This document shows, piece by piece, positions 60,236 through 64,000 of a DNA stretch of 64,000 bases. This DNA is from an uncultured Planctomycetia bacterium (GTDB lineage: Bacteria > Omnitrophota > Gorgyraeia > 2-02-FULL-51-18): positions 59,457 to 123,456 of the forward strand of contig CAYSKO010000006.1 in the NCBI GenBank assembly GCA_964431835.1, in the 5' to 3' direction. Each line of letters starts with the position of its first letter. Position 1 is the stretch's first letter. The position numbers were made by a program, and so were the translations under genes. The notes beneath the pieces are model-generated. The model was given only the letters and a program-made list of their open reading frames with translations, made no database searches and was not told the origin of the DNA.

Positions 60236-61771
60236 ATGAACCGGACCTTTTGGAAAACGCCTCTCTCGGATCGCGCCGTCGCCCTGATCGTTTGGACGCT
60301 TTACCTCGCCGCGGCCGGCTCCCTCCTCGCCCATCACGAAATCTGGCGCGACGAGGCGCGGGCGCTCGGCGTAATCCAGGAGAGCCGGACGCCGGGTGAC
60401 GTCGTGCGGGGACTCAAGAACGAAGGCCACCCACTTCTTTGGCACTTTATCCTTTTCGCCGGCTGGAAGATTTTTCACTCGCCGCTGGTCCTTCCGCTAT
60501 CGAACCTCGCGATCGCGTCCGCCGCTGCCTATTACTTCCTCCGCCGGGCGCCTTTTTCGTGGCCCGTCCGGATCGCTTTCGTATTCGGCTATTTTCCGCT
60601 CGTCGAGTACGGGATCATCGCGCGCAATTATTCGATGGGGCTCCTGGCTCTTTGTCTCTCGGCCGACGCGTGGCGGCAGCGCTTCACGCGTCCGGCTCTC
60701 TACGGCGCCGCGCTTTTTTTTCTCGCGAACACGCACGCCAACTGCCTCATCTTCGCGATCGCGCTCGTGAGTGCATGGGCGTTCGAAGGCACCTTCTCCA
60801 AAGAAGGCCGCTCGGCGAGCCGTCCGTACGCGGTGCTCGGAGGACTCGCGCTCGCCGGATGCGGCATCGCACTCTCCGTTCTTCAGATCCTGCCCGACCG
60901 CACGACCGACATGACGACCATCTACAAAATATCCCTATGGGGCGTGATTCCAGGTCTTCTCGACGGCCTCGTCATCGGCGGGTACGCGTTCCGCCACGCC
61001 TTCGGTTTCGAGAGCGCGTACGTCTCGGTGATGCTCGTTTGGCTCGGCTACCTCGTTTTTTGGAAGCGGCCGGGCCTTTTCGTTGCCTATCTTCTCGGCG
61101 TCATGGGGATGACGGCTTTTTTCCTTTTGATTTACGCGGGCTACCTGCGGCACCAGGGGTTCCTCGTGATGTACCTGGTCGCGCTCCTCTGGATGGACCG
61201 GACGGACCGGGAAGCTTGCGCCGCGGAGCCGCGCGAGTACGCCGGTTTCAAAAACGCTTATCTCCACGTGATCCTCGCGCTCCAGATCACGATGACGGGC
61301 GCCGCGGCCGTGGGAACCGTAAGGGACGAGTTTTCTTCGAGCAAAAAACTGGCCGAATTCGTGCGCGGGCGGCCGGCGCTCGAGGGGGCGGTCCTTCTCT
61401 CGGAGCCCGATTTCTACGGAGAGCCGATGAGTTATTATCTTCCGGAAAGCCCCCTCTATCTGGTGCGCGAAAAGCGGTTCGGGCGGAAGGTCAATTTCAC
61501 GAACCGGAACGGGCGGCACCTTTCGCTCCGGCGCCTCCTCGCCGAAGGAAACCGTCTCCGGCACCGGACGGGCCGCCCGGTCATTTTTCTGATCGGCCAC
61601 TCTTTGTTTCCCGAGGGTCCGTACGAACGGCCGTACGCCCGCGGAACGCGGTTCTATTACTCCAAGCGTTCGCTCGCGCTTTTTCTCAAGCGCGCGCCGC
61701 TCGCGGCGTCCATGAAGCACGCCGCGTGGGAAAATTTCGACGTGTACGTGCTGGGGGGCGCCGTTTCTTGA
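60236..61771 (+). CDS. Large polytopic membrane protein, glycosyltransferase-C-fold-like (DUF2029/PMT-like) by topology
   Basis: Start MNRTFWKTPLSDRAVALIVWTLYL 18 nt after a perfect TATAAT (60213-60218); >10 TM helices. The track ORF 59675..61771 is extended artefactually. Confidence 0.55.
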   Translation: MNRTFWKTPLSDRAVALIVWTLYLAAAGSLLAHHEIWRDEARALGVIQESRTPGDVVRGLKNEGHPLLWHFILFAGWKIFHSPLVLPLSNLAIASAAAYYFLRRAPFSWPVRIAFVFGYFPLVEYGIIARNYSMGLLALCLSADAWRQRFTRPALYGAALFFLANTHANCLIFAIALVSAWAFEGTFSKEGRSASRPYAVLGGLALAGCGIALSVLQILPDRTTDMTTIYKISLWGVIPGLLDGLVIGGYAFRHAFGFESAYVSVMLVWLGYLVFWKRPGLFVAYLLGVMGMTAFFLLIYAGYLRHQGFLVMYLVALLWMDRTDREACAAEPREYAGFKNAYLHVILALQITMTGAAAVGTVRDEFSSSKKLAEFVRGRPALEGAVLLSEPDFYGEPMSYYLPESPLYLVREKRFGRKVNFTNRNGRHLSLRRLLAEGNRLRHRTGRPVIFLIGHSLFPEGPYERPYARGTRFYYSKRSLALFLKRAPLAASMKHAAWENFDVYVLGGAVS

Positions 61772-61802
61772 CTCGACCCGGCGCGCGGATTATAGTGGGT
61801 CC

Positions 61803-61961
61803 ATGCCCGGATTCGGAGAAATCCTCCTTGTTCTTCTCATCGTGGTCCTCGTCTTCGGCGCCACGCGCATCCCGGAGATCGCCCGTTCCCTGGGGAAGGG
61901 CGTCCACGCGTTCAAGAAAGCTTCTAAAGAAAACCGCGACGACGAAGCGCCGCGACCGTAA
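61803..61961 (+). CDS. tatA: Twin-arginine translocase subunit TatA/E
   Basis: Hand-translated MPGFGEILLVLLIVVLVFGATRIPEIARSLGKGVHAFKKASKENRDDEAPRP (52 aa); TATAGT box 6 nt upstream of the ATG. Confidence 0.8.
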   Translation: MPGFGEILLVLLIVVLVFGATRIPEIARSLGKGVHAFKKASKENRDDEAPRP

Positions 61962-61979
61962 CCCGGAACGAGCGTCCGT

Positions 61980-62720
61980 TTGACCAAAAACCCGTACCTC
62001 TCGTTCTTCGAGCACCTCGAAGAGCTTAGAAAACGCCTTCTCATCTCGCTCGCCGCGGTGGGCGTCGCGTCCGTCGGCGGCTACCTCGCATCCGGTCCCG
62101 CAGTCGAATTCCTCACGGCTCCGCTGCGCTCCGAAGCGGGCGCGGTCTATTTCTTCTCTCCCCAAGGCGCTTTTACGGTGAAGCTGAAGGCCTCGCTTCT
62201 TCTGGGCGCGCTCGCAGCATCGCCGGTCGTCCTTCATCAGTTCTGGTCGTTCGTTTCGCCGGCGCTCTACCCGCGCGAGCGCCGCGCGGTCGTGCCGCTG
62301 GCGGCGGTCACGAGCGCCCTCTTCGTGACGGGCGCGGTGTTCGCGTATCTCGTGGTCCTCCCGGCCGCCATGAAATTCCTCTTGGGCATGCAGACCGGAT
62401 CACTCAAGCCCATGATCTCAGTCGAAGAGTACCTGTCGTTCGTGACGATGCTGGTCCTTTCCTTCGGCGTCGCTTTCAATCTGCCGGTGTTTGTCCTTGC
62501 GCTCGTCGGGGCGGGGATCACCGACGCGGCGGGGCTCAACCGTTTTCAGCGGCACGCGATCGTCGCCATCTTCATCGCGGCCGCGGTGCTCACGCCCGGG
62601 CCCGATATCGCGAGCCAATTGCTCCTGGCGCTGCCGCTTCTGGTTCTCTTCGAGATCAGCGTTCTCATCGCAGTTTTCATCGGCCGCCGTGCGCACTCGG
62701 CCCGGGGGGGCGTCCGGTGA
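61980..62720 (+). CDS. tatC: Twin-arginine translocase subunit TatC
   Basis: 246 aa; TTG start; LSFFEHLEELRKRLLISL, 6 TM helices. Confidence 0.9.
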   Translation: MTKNPYLSFFEHLEELRKRLLISLAAVGVASVGGYLASGPAVEFLTAPLRSEAGAVYFFSPQGAFTVKLKASLLLGALAASPVVLHQFWSFVSPALYPRERRAVVPLAAVTSALFVTGAVFAYLVVLPAAMKFLLGMQTGSLKPMISVEEYLSFVTMLVLSFGVAFNLPVFVLALVGAGITDAAGLNRFQRHAIVAIFIAAAVLTPGPDIASQLLLALPLLVLFEISVLIAVFIGRRAHSARGGVR

Positions 62721-63649
62721 GAGGCGTTCTTCTTCTCTCGGGAGCCGCCGCTTTTGTCGCGCTGGGCGTCTATCTTGCGTGGGCGATCCCCAAGTACACG
62801 CGCATGATCTCCAACATCTTCTTAAGCCTCGTTTATTCGCCCCCCGTCGAGACGACGCCCGCCGGCGAAGGGGAGCGTCTGACAATCCTCGACTCCTCCG
62901 AGAAGGAGATCGAGATCCTCGTCATTCAGAAGAAGTCTCCCCGCAAGGTCGCGATCTTCTGCCACGAATCGGGTTCGAGCAAGGAATCGTGGGAAAAGTA
63001 CGCGTATTTTCTGCCCGATCTCGGCTATGCCGTCGTGAGCGCGGACTTGAAACCCGCCACATCCGCCGGCGACGGAAAGAACGCGCTTATCCAGTGGCCG
63101 ACGCAGGCGGACGTCGAGCGCCTCGTCACCGTGATCCGCTGGTCCAAACGCGCGTTCCGGCCGGGCGTCTCGATCGTGCTCTTCGGCGTGTCGAACGGCG
63201 CGGACATCGCGTTCGCGGCCTCGTTCCGCGACGACGCGGTGAAGGCGGTCGTCGCCGACGGCTTGTTCTCGATGAAGGAGATCTTCCGGGATTACATCCG
63301 CCGCTGGGCTCCCGTTCTCGTTCGTCCCAACTTCTTCGGGGAGAAATTTCCCGAGTGGATCGTCAAAAGCTTCACCGAGCTCGGATTCCGCTACAGCGAG
63401 AAGCAGGCGAAGTGCCGTTTCGTGGATGTCGAGAAGCTCCTGGCGCGGAAGCACGTGCCACTTCTCATGATCCACGGCGCGAAAGACGACGTCATTCCCG
63501 ACGGCCATCGCCGTTTCCTCGGCCGGCTCGCGCGCGAACGCGCGGTTCGGAAAGTCGTCGTCGAAGAGGCGGGCCACAACCAGGGCGTCGTGACCGCGCG
63601 GGCCTTTTACGAAGCGGCCGTCCGCGAATTCCTGGAGAGCGCGTCGTGA
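62717..63649 (+). CDS. Alpha/beta hydrolase (dienelactone-hydrolase/BAAT-like), N-terminal membrane anchor
   Basis: 310 aa; GVSNGADIAF nucleophile elbow, C-terminal HGAKDDVIP...GHNQ. Confidence 0.6.
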   Translation: MRGVLLLSGAAAFVALGVYLAWAIPKYTRMISNIFLSLVYSPPVETTPAGEGERLTILDSSEKEIEILVIQKKSPRKVAIFCHESGSSKESWEKYAYFLPDLGYAVVSADLKPATSAGDGKNALIQWPTQADVERLVTVIRWSKRAFRPGVSIVLFGVSNGADIAFAASFRDDAVKAVVADGLFSMKEIFRDYIRRWAPVLVRPNFFGEKFPEWIVKSFTELGFRYSEKQAKCRFVDVEKLLARKHVPLLMIHGAKDDVIPDGHRRFLGRLARERAVRKVVVEEAGHNQGVVTARAFYEAAVREFLESAS

Positions 63650-64000
63650 AGCGCGTACTCGCGCTCGCCGCGGCTCTCGCGTTTTTTTCGGCACCGGCGC
63701 CCGCCGCCGTCGAGCCGTGGGAGACCGACCTCGCGCCGCGGGTGAAGGCGTTCGAAGCCGCCGCCCCCGACGACGCCTCGCGCGCTCTCGGGGCGGCGCT
63801 TTCGACGGCGCTCGAGCGTTACGCGGCCGTCGACGACTACCGGTCGCTTTTCAAGAAGCGAGAGAAGAACAAGGAAGGCGCGATGGGCCAGACCGAGGAG
63901 ATTTTCCTCAAGTTCGTGAAGCCGTTCAAGATTTTACTCGGCTGGCAGAACACGGATAAGAAGGGGCTGCAGGTCCTCTACGAGCGCGGGAAGCACGACG
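63646..64000 (+). CDS. Secreted hypothetical protein (5' partial in this window)
   Basis: GTG start; signal peptide VKRVLALAAALAFFSAPAPAA; runs off the window end. Confidence 0.4.
   Translation, partial: MKRVLALAAALAFFSAPAPAAVEPWETDLAPRVKAFEAAAPDDASRALGAALSTALERYAAVDDYRSLFKKREKNKEGAMGQTEEIFLKFVKPFKILLGWQNTDKKGLQVLYERGKHD

Overview
This is a high-GC (~63%) bacterial chromosomal window centred on the replication origin. A minus-strand block (tRNA-Leu, tRNA-Cys, coaB/coaC, gmk, yicC, ndk, parB, parA, mnmG, yidC, yidD, rnpA, rpmH) ends at an AT-rich region with DnaA boxes. The plus-strand block dnaA-dnaN-(DUF721/DciA-like)-gyrB-gyrA-tRNA-Glu follows, so the strand switch sits at ~9.5-9.8 kb. Two perfect parS-like palindromes lie upstream of parA. 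Downstream are housekeeping and redox genes (hppA, tag, an alcohol dehydrogenase, dps, dsbD, recQ, a cyclophilin, ridA), an rny-ymdB-xseA-xseB-ispA-dxs block and tatA-tatC. The most interesting content is a sulfate-assimilation / sulfur-carrier-protein operon: cysD-cysN-cysH-JAMM(mec), an in-frame ThiS::CysM fusion, a ThrC-like gene and a MoaD::NIL fusion. It is preceded by a ~350 bp AT-rich leader carrying a Met-rich decapeptide ORF and followed by an Rrf2 regulator. Upstream of that operon lies a decayed island-like stretch (41.0-44.8 kb) with AT-rich flanks, an SGNH hydrolase C-terminal remnant, orphan secreted proteins and a ~225 bp nested inverted-repeat element. Next to tRNA-Glu there is a hairpin, an SRPBCC gene remnant and a two-gene hypothetical module. 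No CRISPR array, transposase or integrase was recognised. All calls rest on reading the sequence and the ORF track by eye; no searches were run.
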